From: Octopus sinensis
Taxonomy: Eukaryota
Length of the DNA stretch: 64,000 bases
Reading direction: 5' to 3'
Assembly: GCF_006345805.1 (NCBI RefSeq)
Contig: NC_043000.1
Coordinates: 124,806,001 to 124,870,000, forward strand
Under the pieces are notes generated by a model. The model had not been told where the DNA came from. It saw only the letters and a program-made list of their open reading frames with translations, and searched no databases. Shown piece after piece: positions 63,581-64,000 of the stretch. The number at the start of each line of letters is the position of its first letter. The stretch's first letter is position 1. The translations under genes were made by a program, and so were the position numbers.

Positions 63581-64000
63581 GCTCAAGGACACAACACGCA
63601 GCCCAGTCCGGGATTCGAAATCACAACCTCGCAATCGTGAGCTCAATGCTCTGACCACTGAGCCATGCACCTTCACTCACGTTTCTGTCAGCTCACTGCC
63701 TTCCATTTGGATCCCATTGCTACATATTTACCTAAAAGTTATCTTTAATACACATCATACATCCATACACTGAAAGCACGTGGCCTTAGTGGTTAAGATG
63801 TGGCACATAATTGCAAACTCAAGGTTTCAATTCCTGGACCAGGTGATGCATTGTGTTCTTCAGCAAAACTCTTCATATCACATTGCTCCATTTCACTCAG
63901 CTGTAAATGTGTAACCCTATGATGGACTCCAGTCCTGTCTGGAAGGAATGTTGTGATCCCACTCTCTTAACCCTTTCATTACTATATTTATTTTGAGATG

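Noticed and set aside
63099-63773. His/Thr/Pro-rich 224-aa ORF as a mucin or metal-binding protein
   Set aside because: Translation of a CAC/CAT/TAC microsatellite running into a SINE; open in several frames and on both strands.

Overview
This is AT-rich, microsatellite-dense eukaryotic DNA. The SINE families look like octopus/cephalopod ones, but that is recognition from memory, not a search. There is no prokaryotic operon, CRISPR array or rRNA, and most ORF-track entries are translated simple repeats or SINEs. Content: (i) scattered short candidate exons of an unidentified + strand gene; (ii) a young, 5'-truncated Penelope-like element (PLE; RT thumb + GIY-YIG) at 9.7-11.9 kb with a CCAAT/CRE tandem array and a TATA box; (iii) eight hammerhead-ribozyme-like motifs of the PLE type in five sequence families, mostly in 150-230 bp non-coding elements, five of them next to (TA)n/(CA)n tracts, often the tract carried inside a SINE; (iv) three RLE-type (R4/Dong-like) LINE fragments and a non-coding partner family, all in (TAA)n; (v) RTE LINE fragments and derivatives with (GAT)n tails; (vi) several tRNA-derived SINE families, one forming constant 184-bp multimers; (vii) an inverted pair of identically deleted mariner elements and piggyBac-type MITEs. 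The most interesting signal is the microsatellite-addressed, ribozyme-bearing mini-retroelement system. Repeat boundaries are read by eye and are approximate unless a TSD or TIR is quoted. Family labels S1-S4, N and A-E are my own.
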